Below the pieces are notes generated by a model, which searched no databases, was not told the DNA's origin, and saw nothing but the letters and a program-made list of their open reading frames with translations. Shown in pieces: positions 18,601-28,795 of a DNA stretch of 64,000 bases. A program made the position numbers and the translations under genes. The DNA is from Thermoplasmata archaeon (GTDB lineage Archaea > Thermoplasmatota > Thermoplasmata > Sysuiplasmatales > Sysuiplasmataceae), in assembly GCA_021806165.1 (NCBI GenBank), contig JAJZXY010000008.1:11334-75333 (forward strand), read 5' to 3'. Positions within the stretch are counted from its first letter, which is position 1; each line of letters begins with the position of its first letter.

Positions 18601-20388
18601 ATGAAGAACACAGTGGTCCTGGCGGTACTGTTTTCTGCCATAATTGTTGCTTCCAGTTCGGTCGTGACGGTTGCAACCGTCTCCGGGCAGCAAGTGGCAG
18701 GCAGCTCCGCCACGGCATCGTCTAACTCAACGGTGACAGTTGGGTGGTTCGGGACCTCTATAAACACGCTGAATCCCTACACCACCTATTCGGCCCTTGG
18801 GAGATGGATTGGATCGAACATCTACCTCCCGCTGGTCTACTACGATGCGGCAAACCGGACTGTAACTCCAGCGCTTGCCAGCTCGTGGAGCATCAACTTC
18901 GCCAACCATACTGCGCTCTTCACTATCAACCCAAAAGCCGTCTGGTCTGACGGTGTGCCTGTTACAGCGCAGGATGTCGTCTATTCCTACAAGCTTGCAT
19001 CACAGAACTACAGCGTCCTTGAGCAGTACGTCAGCCCCGTCAGCAGCATGGTGGCACTCAATCCACACACAGTCGAAGTCACAATGACCAGCGTCCTGTG
19101 GACGACCTGGGCGGCGTACGTTGCAGTTGTCCCCTACCATGTATGGGACAAGGTCAACGCATCGACCTACCCTGCCTACAACACCACGGGCAGCCAGTAC
19201 TTCGTCGGTGACGGTCCATATGTCCTCTCGAAGTACGTTGTCAACCAGTATACCGAGATACAGAAGAACCCGAGGGCATTCCTAGCCGGGCACATGCCTG
19301 GTGTCAGCAACGTCATATTCCAGTTCTTCAACAGCGAGAGTTCTGCAATCTCATCCCTGCAGGCTGGCTCCATCCAGGGACTCACCGGCATACTTCCATC
19401 CGACGTTTCACTCTTCCAGAACAACAGCAAGTTCACAGTGACGACAAGTCCCGGCCTTGAATACTTCTACCTCGCGATAAACGTGAATCCACAGGGCAAC
19501 GGCAACCCGACCCTCAGGAACCTCACCGTAAGGCAGGCAATGGCTCACGCCATAAACCTGACATACATCGCAAAAACCGTCTATCACGGCAACGCTCAGG
19601 TGCTGGACAGTGTGCTCACTCCCACCAACCAGTACTATGATGGCAACCTCACTCCTGCCTACAACTACAGCGTTGCCTACGCCAACAAGCTCCTTACGCA
19701 GGCCGGCTTCCAGATGACTTCGTCGGGATACAGGGAGAATGCATCCAACACATCGCAGAAGCTCTCCTACACGGTCCTTGTTCCAAGCGGTGATACGCTT
19801 GAGGTCGAGGCGGCAAACATGATTGCGCAGAATCTCAGCGCCGTGGGGATAAAGCTCACCGTCACGGCAGAGACCACAGGCACCATGGTGGCCACGATAT
19901 GGCCGCACTACTCCCAGGACATGGATCTCTGGGACTGGTTCGACTACACCCAGAACTCACCCTACAGGCTGCTGGGCATGTTCCTGCCCAACCAGATTGC
20001 GGCAGGGAACTCGGACAGCGGCTTTGTCAACTCCACCTACCAGCAGGTATGGAACAAGCTTGAGAATGCCACATCCCTTTCGCAGGTGACCAACCTGAGC
20101 GACCAGCTCCAGCAGATACTGCACCAGCAGCTGCCATACATACCGCTGTTCATCCCGTCGGCAATCACCGTCTATTCATCGCAGATCGGCAATGTTTCCG
20201 CATACCCCGGAGGCCCGTTCGGAGGATATGACTACCTCACATTCACCCAGATGCACTACAGCACCGCCGGCAGCAAGCCGTCGTCGTCCTCGAACACGAC
20301 CTACTACGTCGTGGGCGGAGTGATTGCGGTGGTTGTCTTTGTTGCAGCCGCGGGCGTCCTGGTGTCGAGGAGAAGGCGGAACAACTGA
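18601..20388 (+). CDS. ABC transporter substrate-binding protein, family 5 (Opp/Dpp type) with N-terminal signal/TM and C-terminal TM anchor
   Basis: Start at MKNTVVLAVLFSAIIVASSS (18601). Family-5 SBP length and pattern. C-terminus YYVVGGVIAVVVFVAAAGVLVSRRRRNN is a TM helix plus basic tail. About 18 N-x-S/T sequons. Confidence 0.75.
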   Translation: MKNTVVLAVLFSAIIVASSSVVTVATVSGQQVAGSSATASSNSTVTVGWFGTSINTLNPYTTYSALGRWIGSNIYLPLVYYDAANRTVTPALASSWSINFANHTALFTINPKAVWSDGVPVTAQDVVYSYKLASQNYSVLEQYVSPVSSMVALNPHTVEVTMTSVLWTTWAAYVAVVPYHVWDKVNASTYPAYNTTGSQYFVGDGPYVLSKYVVNQYTEIQKNPRAFLAGHMPGVSNVIFQFFNSESSAISSLQAGSIQGLTGILPSDVSLFQNNSKFTVTTSPGLEYFYLAINVNPQGNGNPTLRNLTVRQAMAHAINLTYIAKTVYHGNAQVLDSVLTPTNQYYDGNLTPAYNYSVAYANKLLTQAGFQMTSSGYRENASNTSQKLSYTVLVPSGDTLEVEAANMIAQNLSAVGIKLTVTAETTGTMVATIWPHYSQDMDLWDWFDYTQNSPYRLLGMFLPNQIAAGNSDSGFVNSTYQQVWNKLENATSLSQVTNLSDQLQQILHQQLPYIPLFIPSAITVYSSQIGNVSAYPGGPFGGYDYLTFTQMHYSTAGSKPSSSSNTTYYVVGGVIAVVVFVAAAGVLVSRRRRNN

Positions 20389-20409
20389 CGGTACCGGAGT
20401 GAGGCGGAT

Positions 20410-21381
20410 ATGGGCTGGGCAGGCTACCTGCTCAAGAGGGTCGCATTCGCTGCCGTTTCCATATTCGCGATAGTCACATTCGACTTCTTCCTCTTCCGCC
20501 TCATGCCCGGAAACCCTATACAGATACTTTACAGGAGTCCGGCCCTCAGCCCGGCGCAGATCACCTCCCTCAAGAGCCAGTTCGGCCTCAACCTGCCCCT
20601 CTACCAGCAGTACCTGCTGTTCATCAGGAACAGCTTCACTGGCAACTTCGGGATATCCATAAACTACCTGCAGCCTGTTTCCCAGGTCCTCTTCCCTGCC
20701 ATACTGAACAGCCTTGTGCTGCTCATACCTGCAAATATACTGGCAATACTGCTCGGCGTGTTTGCGGGGAGGTATGCAGCCTGGAAGAGGGGAGGGGCGG
20801 CGGACGGCATCATAACAGGTTCATCCATGGCGCTCTTCTCCATACCCACCTTCTGGCTCGGCGGCATTCTGATACTGGTAGCTATCTTCACAGGCACGCT
20901 GCCCGTTTCAGGGATGTATACACTTGGTGCTGCCTACCCGTCCCCCCTCGCCCGGTTCTCCGATCTGCTCAGCCATCTCATACTTCCGCTGATCACGCTC
21001 ACACTTGTCCTGTTCGGGCAGTATGCGGTCATAATGAGGAATTCCCTGATAGATGTCCTCAGCGAGGATTACATAATATTCGCCAGGAGCAAGGGGGCGA
21101 GGGATGCATACGTGATGCGCAAGCACGCGATGCCCAACGCATCCCTGCCTATGATCAGCATCATAGCAGTCAACCTGGGCAACACCTTTGCAGGTGCCAT
21201 TCTCACCGAGGTTGTCTTCTCCTGGCCCGGTATTGGCTATCTGATATACGAGTCGATACTCGCAAGGGACTACCCGGTCCTTCAGGCAGCATTCCTGATA
21301 GTTGCAATTGCCATTGTGGCGGCAAATGTCTGTGCAGATCTGCTCTACTCGCTCATAGACCCGAGGGTGAGATACTCGTGA
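20410..21381 (+). CDS. ABC transporter permease (DppB/OppB type)
   Basis: 323 aa, 6 TM helices; binding-protein-dependent permease pattern. 4-nt overlap with the next gene. Confidence 0.8.
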   Translation: MGWAGYLLKRVAFAAVSIFAIVTFDFFLFRLMPGNPIQILYRSPALSPAQITSLKSQFGLNLPLYQQYLLFIRNSFTGNFGISINYLQPVSQVLFPAILNSLVLLIPANILAILLGVFAGRYAAWKRGGAADGIITGSSMALFSIPTFWLGGILILVAIFTGTLPVSGMYTLGAAYPSPLARFSDLLSHLILPLITLTLVLFGQYAVIMRNSLIDVLSEDYIIFARSKGARDAYVMRKHAMPNASLPMISIIAVNLGNTFAGAILTEVVFSWPGIGYLIYESILARDYPVLQAAFLIVAIAIVAANVCADLLYSLIDPRVRYS

Positions 21382-22232
21382 GGGGCACTGGGCTTTTCAT
21401 TGAATTCCTTCACAACAGGAAGGGGGCCGCGGGCCTGGCAATAGTGGCGGCATTCACCTTCATGGCCCTCTTCGCCCCTTTCATCAGCCCCTACAATCCC
21501 ACGAGCACGAACCCGCAGGCATTCCTCCTCCCGCCGAGTCCCAGCCACCCGTTCGGGACAGACAACCTGGGACAGGACCTCCTGTCCAGGGATCTCTACG
21601 GGGCGCAGATATCACTTATAGTGGGCCTCGCTGCAGCCGGCGTCGCGGTTGCAATCGGCCTCGTGACAGGGCTCGTCAGCGGCTACTTCGGCGGCCTTGT
21701 CGACGAAGTGATAATGCGCATTGTCGACTTCTTCATAGTCATCCCGGCGCTTGTGATAATGATAGTCGTGGCCGCACTTCTTGGCCCGGGGCTGCTGAAT
21801 GTGATTGCAGTCATAGGCTTCCTCAGCTGGGCCCCCGTGGCGAGAATCATAAGGTCCATGGTCCTCTCGCTGAGGGAGAGGCCATTCGTGGAATCTGCCA
21901 GGGCAAACAACGGAGGCTCCCTCTACATCATGTTCAGGCACATATTTCCCAACGTGTCATCTGTGCTGTACGGCAACGCCATGCTCGCCGTCTCCTCCGC
22001 CATTTTCACACAGGCCGCCCTTGTCTTCCTGGGAGTGGGCAACGTTACATCGATCAGCTGGGGCGGGATAATACGGGAGGCGTACACAACAGGCGCGCTT
22101 ACTGCAGGTGACATGGCCTGGGTGGTCCCCCCGGGGATATTCATTTTCACGCTGATTTTCGGTTTCATCCTTATCGGCTATGCGGTGGAAGAGATCATGA
22201 ATCCAAGACTCAGGGGAGGGGGCAGCGGATGA
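21378..22232 (+). CDS. ABC transporter permease (DppC/OppC type)
   Basis: 284 aa permease. Coupled to the flanking genes by 4-nt overlaps. Confidence 0.8.
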   Translation: MRGTGLFIEFLHNRKGAAGLAIVAAFTFMALFAPFISPYNPTSTNPQAFLLPPSPSHPFGTDNLGQDLLSRDLYGAQISLIVGLAAAGVAVAIGLVTGLVSGYFGGLVDEVIMRIVDFFIVIPALVIMIVVAALLGPGLLNVIAVIGFLSWAPVARIIRSMVLSLRERPFVESARANNGGSLYIMFRHIFPNVSSVLYGNAMLAVSSAIFTQAALVFLGVGNVTSISWGGIIREAYTTGALTAGDMAWVVPPGIFIFTLIFGFILIGYAVEEIMNPRLRGGGSG

Positions 22233-23200
22233 TTGTGGAAATAAGGGGGCTGACAGTAAGGTACGGTCCGGAGGGCAGTGGTGTTCGGGCAGTGGATCAT
22301 GTGAGCTTAGATGTTGATGAGGGCATCCTCTACGGGATAGTGGGAGAATCGGGCAGCGGGAAGAGCACCATTGCCATGGCCATGATGGGCCTTCTACCCC
22401 ACGGGGCATCTGTCGAAGGCGGGAGCATCAGCATCGACGGTTTCGAAGTGACTGGGAGGAAGGAAAGCCAGCTCGCCTCATTCAGGGGCAGGACGGCGTC
22501 TCTTGTCTTCCAGGGTGCGATGAACAACCTGAATCCCCTCATGCGGATAGAGGATCAGGTGGCTGAAACGCTCCTCCTCCACAGGATGTGCGGCAGGAAG
22601 GAGGCTCTCGAGAGGGCAAGGAGATCCCTCGAGCTTGTAGGCCTTGGAAAGCAGGTGTGGCGTCTCTACCCGCACGAGCTCAGCGGCGGCATGAAGCAGA
22701 GGGCCATGATTGCGGCTGCCGTTGTTGCCGAGCCGAGGGTGCTGATTGCCGATGAACCGACGACCGCACTGGACGTCATAACCCAGGTCCAGATAGTGAA
22801 TCTGCTCAGGCAGCTCAGGGAGAAGCTTGGGATGACCGTAATTCTCATAAGCCATGACTTCCCGCTTGTGTCCGAGGCATCTGACAGGATATGCATCCTC
22901 TACGGCGGCAAGGTGTGCGAGGTGGGCTCCAACTCGCATATTGTGCGAAAGCCGCTCCACCCCTATACCGCCGGGCTCCTCAACTCTGTCGTCTCCCTTC
23001 GTGAAAGGAGGGAGATAATGACTATCCCGGGCGAGCCGGTGGATCTCTCACGCCCGCCGAAGGGCTGCCGGTTCATGCCGAGATGCGGCAGCGCCATGGA
23101 GAAGTGCTCCCTCTACGCCTACGATTCATACTCCCCCGAGCCTGGAAGGCTTGTTTACTGCGAAATGTACAGTGGTCCCGATGGAAATACTGAAGCTTGA
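22229..23200 (+). CDS. ABC transporter ATP-binding protein (DppD/OppD type)
   Basis: Walker A GESGSGKST, signature LSGGMKQR, Walker B VLIADEPT. C-terminal oligopeptide-type extension. Confidence 0.85.
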   Translation: MIVEIRGLTVRYGPEGSGVRAVDHVSLDVDEGILYGIVGESGSGKSTIAMAMMGLLPHGASVEGGSISIDGFEVTGRKESQLASFRGRTASLVFQGAMNNLNPLMRIEDQVAETLLLHRMCGRKEALERARRSLELVGLGKQVWRLYPHELSGGMKQRAMIAAAVVAEPRVLIADEPTTALDVITQVQIVNLLRQLREKLGMTVILISHDFPLVSEASDRICILYGGKVCEVGSNSHIVRKPLHPYTAGLLNSVVSLRERREIMTIPGEPVDLSRPPKGCRFMPRCGSAMEKCSLYAYDSYSPEPGRLVYCEMYSGPDGNTEA

Positions 23201-24146
23201 GAATCTGGAAAAACATTTCGAGGTGCATTCAAGGAGCAGGGTCAGGCGAAACCTGATCAGGGCGGTCGACGGCGTCTCCCTCGCAATCCCTGAGGGTGAA
23301 ATTCACTCAATTGTCGGAGAATCGGGGAGCGGCAAGACAACCCTTGGAAGGATGGTAGCAGGCCTGCTGGAACCTACCTCGGGCAGCGTGGTTCTCGGAG
23401 GGGTGGACATGTTCCGCTCCGGAAGGGGGGAAATACGGAATCTCAGGAAGAGCATCCAGATAATCTTCCAGGACCCTTACGCATCACTGAACCCCAGGTT
23501 CACAGTCAGGCAGATACTGGAGGAACCGCTCAGGCTGAACAGGCTTCCGGTCCAGGAAGGCGATTTGCTCGATACACTGAGGCAGGTGGGACTCACCCCC
23601 CCAGAAGATTTTACAGGAAGGTATCCGCACGAGCTCAGCGGGGGGCAGAGACAGCGCGTCGCGATTGCACGCGCCATGATAGTCAGGCCAAGGTTCATAG
23701 TTGCAGACGAGCCCGTATCCATGCTGGATGCCTCGATGAGGGGTTCCTTCCTCCAGCTCATCCTCTCGCTCAGGAAGAGGGACGGCATCACCATGATGAT
23801 GATCACCCACGACATCTCTATTGCACATTACGTGAGTGACAGGATCAGCATCTTCTACAGGGGGAAGGTGGTCGAGCAGGGACGGGCCGACGACGTGGTC
23901 CTGAATCCTGCGCACCCGTACACCAGGGCGCTCATCGAATCTGTCCCCTCATTCTCTCGGGGTGACAGCGAGGGCAGCAGGCACCCGGAGGTCCCCTCCG
24001 ATGTTCCCGATCCGGCGACGGGATGCATGTTCAGGAACAGGTGCCCAAAGGCGATGGTAGCCTGCGAAGCTGTACCGGGTGCCACGGAGATCGCCCCGGC
24101 CCATTTTGTCTCATGCCATCTCTACGGCGGGACAGGAGTGAAGTGA
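23181..24146 (+). CDS. ABC transporter ATP-binding protein (DppF/OppF type)
   Basis: Walker A GESGSGKTT, LSGGQRQR, FIVADEP. Probable start MEILKLENL at 23181. Confidence 0.85.
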   Translation: MEILKLENLEKHFEVHSRSRVRRNLIRAVDGVSLAIPEGEIHSIVGESGSGKTTLGRMVAGLLEPTSGSVVLGGVDMFRSGRGEIRNLRKSIQIIFQDPYASLNPRFTVRQILEEPLRLNRLPVQEGDLLDTLRQVGLTPPEDFTGRYPHELSGGQRQRVAIARAMIVRPRFIVADEPVSMLDASMRGSFLQLILSLRKRDGITMMMITHDISIAHYVSDRISIFYRGKVVEQGRADDVVLNPAHPYTRALIESVPSFSRGDSEGSRHPEVPSDVPDPATGCMFRNRCPKAMVACEAVPGATEIAPAHFVSCHLYGGTGVK

Positions 24147-24168
24147 GCCCGAGGGGGGGGCAGGCTGT

Positions 24169-25200
24169 CTATGTAATCTTCCCTATTACATCAGCGGCAA
24201 AGTCAGCTGTGCTCATGTTCCCGCCGAGGTCCCGCGTCCGGGCTCCGGAAGAGAGTGCCGCGTCCACACCCCCGCGCATAAGGTTTGCAGCCTTCCAGCA
24301 GGCTCCGTCACCCCTGGTGGACGCAAGCCATTCAAGCATCATTGCAGCCGTGAGCATTGTCGCTGTCGGGTTTGCCCTTCCAGTTCCCGCTATGTCCGGT
24401 GCCGAGCCGTGAACAGGCTCGAATATGGCATACCTCTCCCCTATGTTTGCGGAGGGGGCGAGGCCTAGCCCGCCCACCACCTGCGCAGCCTCGTCAGATA
24501 GAATGTCACCGTAGAGGTTGGTCGTGACTATCACGTCGAACTGGGACGGCTTCCTGACAATGTTCATGGCTGCCGAATCAACAAGCATGTCATCGGCTGC
24601 TATCCCGGGAAAGTCCTGTGCGACTCCATAGAATGAAGAGAGGAAGAGGCCGTCGCTCTTCTTCAGCACATTGTTCTTGTGCACGCAGACCACCCTTTTT
24701 CCCAGCGACCGGCTAGAGCTCATGTTGAATGCGAATCTCGCTATCCGCTCGGAAGCCCGCTTGGTGATCGGCCTGAAGGCAAGCACCCCGCCGTCAAATT
24801 CCATCTCCATCCCCCTGTAGAGGTCCTCTGTATTCTCCCTGACAATGACAAAGTCTGCCGCCCTGTCGAGGGCCGGCACACCGGGCAGGCACCTGGCAGG
24901 CCTGACATTCGCATAGAGCTCAAGCTCCTGCCTGAGCCTCACGATCACAGATGCTGCGCTGCGGCCTACAGGTCCCTTCAGGCATGCATCAGAGCCCGTA
25001 ATTATGTCTATGCTCACCTGCGGGAGCGCCTCTCCCCTTTTCTCAAGGCATCCGTCGCCCGCCTCTACTTCCACAATCTTGAGTGATACGCCAGCAAGGG
25101 ACGAGGCATGGAGCAGAACATTCTCGCATGCGCCGACCACCTCGGGACCGATGCCGTCTCCCCTAATGAGTGAAATCCTGTACGAAGACATTGCTTCCAC
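24169..25200 (-). CDS. leuB: 3-isopropylmalate dehydrogenase
   Basis: 343 aa; isocitrate/isopropylmalate DH family N-terminus (ISLIRGDGIGPEV); last gene of the leuA-C-D-B operon. Confidence 0.75.
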   Translation of the reverse strand: MEAMSSYRISLIRGDGIGPEVVGACENVLLHASSLAGVSLKIVEVEAGDGCLEKRGEALPQVSIDIITGSDACLKGPVGRSAASVIVRLRQELELYANVRPARCLPGVPALDRAADFVIVRENTEDLYRGMEMEFDGGVLAFRPITKRASERIARFAFNMSSSRSLGKRVVCVHKNNVLKKSDGLFLSSFYGVAQDFPGIAADDMLVDSAAMNIVRKPSQFDVIVTTNLYGDILSDEAAQVVGGLGLAPSANIGERYAIFEPVHGSAPDIAGTGRANPTATMLTAAMMLEWLASTRGDGACWKAANLMRGGVDAALSSGARTRDLGGNMSTADFAADVIGKIT

Positions 25201-25201
25201 G

Positions 25202-25720
25202 CTATTCGCTCTTGGCAGAAAGCCTTTCCCTGAGCCTGCCGCGGACGTATTCCAGCGTATCCCTCGTTTCGAATCTCCTCAGGTCGCTGGGGCTGTTCAG
25301 GAGAGGAGTCTCAGTGCCGGCGGTGATATTCCGCGCAACGCCACTGGCCGTGTCAATCTCGATCCTGTCACCCTCCCTCATTCCGGTGGTGTCTGACTTC
25401 GCAACCACCAGCCCGTTGTTTATCGCATTTCTGTAGAAAATGTCGGGATATGATTGTGCAATGACGAACACTACCCCATTGTTCCTGATCGCATGCACCG
25501 CCTGCTCCCTGGAGCTGCCGCAGCCGAAGTTGCTCCCTGCCACAACAACGTTGTCCTTCCTGCCTGCGCATCTACCAACGAACTCCTGGTCGTATTTCTC
25601 GAAGGCGTGCTTTGCAAAGAAGTCCGCATCCCAGCTCTCCTGGAGCAGGTCGGCAGATATGATGTAGTCCGTGTTTATGTTCTCGCCGAATTTCCTTACG
25701 GCTGTTCCTCCAAGCATCAT
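25202..25720 (-). CDS. leuD: 3-isopropylmalate dehydratase small subunit
   Basis: Start at MMLGGTAVRKFGENINTDYI. The track ORF is extended upstream, but ATGATGA coupling with the leuC stop fixes the start near 25720. Confidence 0.75.
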   Translation of the reverse strand: MMLGGTAVRKFGENINTDYIISADLLQESWDADFFAKHAFEKYDQEFVGRCAGRKDNVVVAGSNFGCGSSREQAVHAIRNNGVVFVIAQSYPDIFYRNAINNGLVVAKSDTTGMREGDRIEIDTASGVARNITAGTETPLLNSPSDLRRFETRDTLEYVRGRLRERLSAKSE

Positions 25721-27039
25721 GCGCCTGCACCAACATACTTTCTTGGATCCGCGATTCTCCCCTCGACCGCGCTGGCCGCCGCCGTGGCAGGGGATGACAG
25801 GTAGACGAATGCCTTCTCGGAGCCCATCCTCCCCCTGTAGTTCCTGTTGCTTGTGCTGAGGCACTTCTGCCCCTCGGCCAGGACCCCCATGTGCTTCCCG
25901 AAGCATGGTCCGCAGTTTGACGATTCAATGTTCGCCCCCGCTTCGGCGAGCACCGACATTATTCCTGTCTCAAGGGCCCAGTTGTAAATTCTCCTGCTCG
26001 CAGGAATGACGATGAGATTCACTCCCGGATGCACCTTCCGCCCCTTCAGTATTCTGGCAACCTCCGTCAGGTCATCCCGCCTGGCATTTGCGCATGAGCC
26101 TATGAACACCGTGTCAATTTCCTCGTCAACTTCTCCCACGGGCCTTGCATTCGCTGGCGAGTGCGGGAGTGAAACTGTCGGCTCGATCGAGGCAGCATCT
26201 ATCTCCCTGACCTGTTCGTATGATGCACCTTCATCGCTCCTCATCACACGTGACGCATCGGCTTCAGACCACTCGCCACCGGCAGAGGCAACGGCCTCCC
26301 TGGTGTATTCAACCGTCCTGCCATCAGGCTCTACCATACCGCTCCGCGCTCCCATTTCAACGCAGAGGTTGCACATAGTGAAACGTCCGTCCATGTCCAT
26401 TTCGCTGACACAGCTGCCTCCGAACTCTGCTATCCTTCCGCTGCACCCGCCCTCACCCATCATTCCAAGGATGTGGAGTATGATGTCCTTCGCGTACACG
26501 CCCCTCCCGGGCCTTCCGGAGATATCGAATCTTATTGTCTGCGGGACCGTGAATGAATACAGTTCGCCGTTTGCAAGGGCATATTCTGCCTCCTTCGTGC
26601 CTATGCCGAATGCCAGCGCTCCCAGTGCACCCTGCGTGCATGTGTGGGAATCCGTGGCTACCACTATATCACCGGGCCTGACTGTGCCGTTTTCAGAAGC
26701 GACCGTGTGCTCTATCCCATCGCCCTGCTTGAGCATCCTTATGCCCTGTGATGCGCTGAAGCGCTTCATCATCGAGATGCCCTCGCTCACCTTCTCTGAG
26801 CTGGAGGGCACCGTGTGGTCAGGGAAGAATGTCACCCTCGAGCTGTCGAATACCCTCAGCTCCTTCCCGAGTCCGCTGAATGTGCTTCCGAAGTCGCGCT
26901 CGAAGCCTATCAGCGCCGGCGGGGCAATCACCTCGTTGAGGTACACATGGTCGAGAGGCAGCACCTCAAGGAAGTCCCCTGCAGCCACGTTCCTGCCCGA
27001 CGCCCTGGAAACTATCTTCTCTGTTATTGTCATACTCAC
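25717..27039 (-). CDS. leuC: 3-isopropylmalate dehydratase large subunit
   Basis: 440 aa aconitase-family protein, archaeal-type LeuC size; Cys ligands present (GSCANARRDDL...NCGPC). Confidence 0.8.
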   Translation of the reverse strand: MSMTITEKIVSRASGRNVAAGDFLEVLPLDHVYLNEVIAPPALIGFERDFGSTFSGLGKELRVFDSSRVTFFPDHTVPSSSEKVSEGISMMKRFSASQGIRMLKQGDGIEHTVASENGTVRPGDIVVATDSHTCTQGALGALAFGIGTKEAEYALANGELYSFTVPQTIRFDISGRPGRGVYAKDIILHILGMMGEGGCSGRIAEFGGSCVSEMDMDGRFTMCNLCVEMGARSGMVEPDGRTVEYTREAVASAGGEWSEADASRVMRSDEGASYEQVREIDAASIEPTVSLPHSPANARPVGEVDEEIDTVFIGSCANARRDDLTEVARILKGRKVHPGVNLIVIPASRRIYNWALETGIMSVLAEAGANIESSNCGPCFGKHMGVLAEGQKCLSTSNRNYRGRMGSEKAFVYLSSPATAAASAVEGRIADPRKYVGAGA

Positions 27040-28229
27040 TGGGCCACCCCGGTTCCTGCACCTGCGTTCTCGATATTTCTTTCCATCGATCTTTCACCTG
27101 GCCCGGCCACTTCGAGCGCCATGCGTCTGAGATCATCCCCACTGACGGAAAAACCGCTGTCCCCCCTCTCCTTCACCCACCTGACGACCATATCAAGCGA
27201 CTCGGGTGAAAGTGTGAAACCCATTCCCCTGAGCATTGAATCAACACCGTGCCTCCCCGCATGCTTCCCGGCCTGCAGCCACCTCCCCCTGCCCACATCG
27301 GCCGGGTCGAATGGTTCATAGGTGCTGGGCTCCGAGAGCACGCCGTGGGTGTGTATGCCCGACTCGTGGCCGAATGCATTCCTTCCCACAATTGCCTTGT
27401 TGCCTGGAACCTGGAAACCTGTCATTTCTGCTACAAGCTGCGAAACCCTGCAGAGTTCGACCGTCCTGATGCCAGTCTCGAAACCATACAGCCTCGATGC
27501 CGACATGACGAACTCTTCAAGCGAAGTGTTTCCCGTCCTCTCCCCGATCCCGTTTACAGTCACATGTGCCTGAGATGCCCCGGCCCCGGCTGCAGAAAGC
27601 GTGTTTGCCACCGCAAGGCCGAAGTCGTTGTGGCAGTGGACGCTGACATCTATTCCCGCACCGTCCCTTATTGCCGCAGTGTACTGGGCCATCAGCTCAG
27701 GTGTGGCAGTCCCGACGGTGTCTGCGATGTCGAACATGGATGCTCCCGCTTCCCTGACTGCCCTTGCAACATTCACAAGCGAGCCTATGTCTGTGCGTGT
27801 GCTGTCCTCGCCAGAAAACTCTACCCGGAGGCCCATCGAGGATGCATATTCCACCGAGTCCCTTGCCTTCTCGATCATCTGGTCGTAATTCATCCTGAGC
27901 TTGTGCCTGAGGTGAATTGGCGAGGTCGCTATGAAAAGGTGAATGCTCGAAACGCCGCATCTCACTGCCTCGTCGATGTCTCCCCTGTCTGCCCTTGCAA
28001 GGCACACCACCCTTGCCTTGAGCCCCATCTGGGCAATTCTTCTGACAGCCTCAGACTCCCCCCTGGACGTCACAGGAAATCCAGCCTCTATAGTATCGAC
28101 GCCCAGCCCGTCAAGCGCCTCGGCTATCCTCGCCTTCTTGTCCGGGGTTAGGGTAATGCCCGGCGTCTGTTCTCCGTCCCTGAGCGTGGTGTCAAACACG
28201 GACACCCTTCTTCCGCTGCTGCCGCTCAT
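27036..28229 (-). CDS. leuA: 2-isopropylmalate synthase / citramalate synthase family, short form
   Basis: VFDTTLRDGEQ N-terminal motif and HxH metal site (HCHNDFGLAVANTL). About 397 aa from MSGSSGRRVSVFDTT; lacks the long LeuA regulatory C-terminal domain. Confidence 0.7.
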   Translation of the reverse strand: MSGSSGRRVSVFDTTLRDGEQTPGITLTPDKKARIAEALDGLGVDTIEAGFPVTSRGESEAVRRIAQMGLKARVVCLARADRGDIDEAVRCGVSSIHLFIATSPIHLRHKLRMNYDQMIEKARDSVEYASSMGLRVEFSGEDSTRTDIGSLVNVARAVREAGASMFDIADTVGTATPELMAQYTAAIRDGAGIDVSVHCHNDFGLAVANTLSAAGAGASQAHVTVNGIGERTGNTSLEEFVMSASRLYGFETGIRTVELCRVSQLVAEMTGFQVPGNKAIVGRNAFGHESGIHTHGVLSEPSTYEPFDPADVGRGRWLQAGKHAGRHGVDSMLRGMGFTLSPESLDMVVRWVKERGDSGFSVSGDDLRRMALEVAGPGERSMERNIENAGAGTGVAQ

Positions 28230-28731
28230 GAGGTCACCCCATGGAGGGAGGCGCATACGCTGACAATCCTGCACACGCATCCCTGAGGGCGCGATGCTCC
28301 GCACACAGTATTCAGATCGATGGAAACAGCTTCCACTCTATCACCTTTGAAACACGAAATGGCTGGACAGCCCGCAGAAGGGCGGCAGTCCTTTCAGGCC
28401 AACAAGAGCATTCCAGCTGCCGTCTTCTCCAATAAGTCAGACTGCAGCATCCTCTGCTCCATTGGCCTGCCATAAATAGTCATTGTAGATAAGCCTTGTG
28501 CGTCATTTCCGCGCCTGCCGCAATAACACAATCGCGGCACAGGCGGATACCTGTGTCTCCCTGGGGACAGTAACGAAGTTACTTTTTTGTTGCGACTCTT
28601 CCCAGGACTCCCCCTCGGGTGGAGATTCAAACTTGGTTGATATCATTTGAAGAAATAATTTTACTTTAACTAAACAAATGAATCATATTATGTTCTAAAA
28701 CTCGTCAAATGAAAGGCAATTCAGTGAAAAA

Positions 28732-28745
28732 GGCAAAATATTGCC
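28732..28745. promoter_or_regulatory. Palindrome GGCAA-N4-TTGCC about 50 nt upstream of amt
   Basis: GGCAAAATATTGCC read directly; preceded by a second AAGGCAA copy at 28712-28718. GGAGG RBS 9 nt before the ATG. Confidence 0.3.
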
Positions 28746-28795
28746 ATCGGATACGATAAAAAACAGCACACTATATCACCCGGAGGCTGTGAAAA

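Noticed and set aside
26006-28151. Long plus-strand ORFs (26006-27130, 27249-28151)
   Set aside because: Antisense shadows of leuC and leuA; Ser/Pro-rich, no domain pattern.
28570-28588. Hairpin GTAACGAAGTTAC followed by TTTTTT, resembling an intrinsic terminator
   Set aside because: On the plus strand no gene ends upstream of it (leuA is read the other way), and archaeal termination needs only T-tracts. Kept as unexplained intergenic structure.
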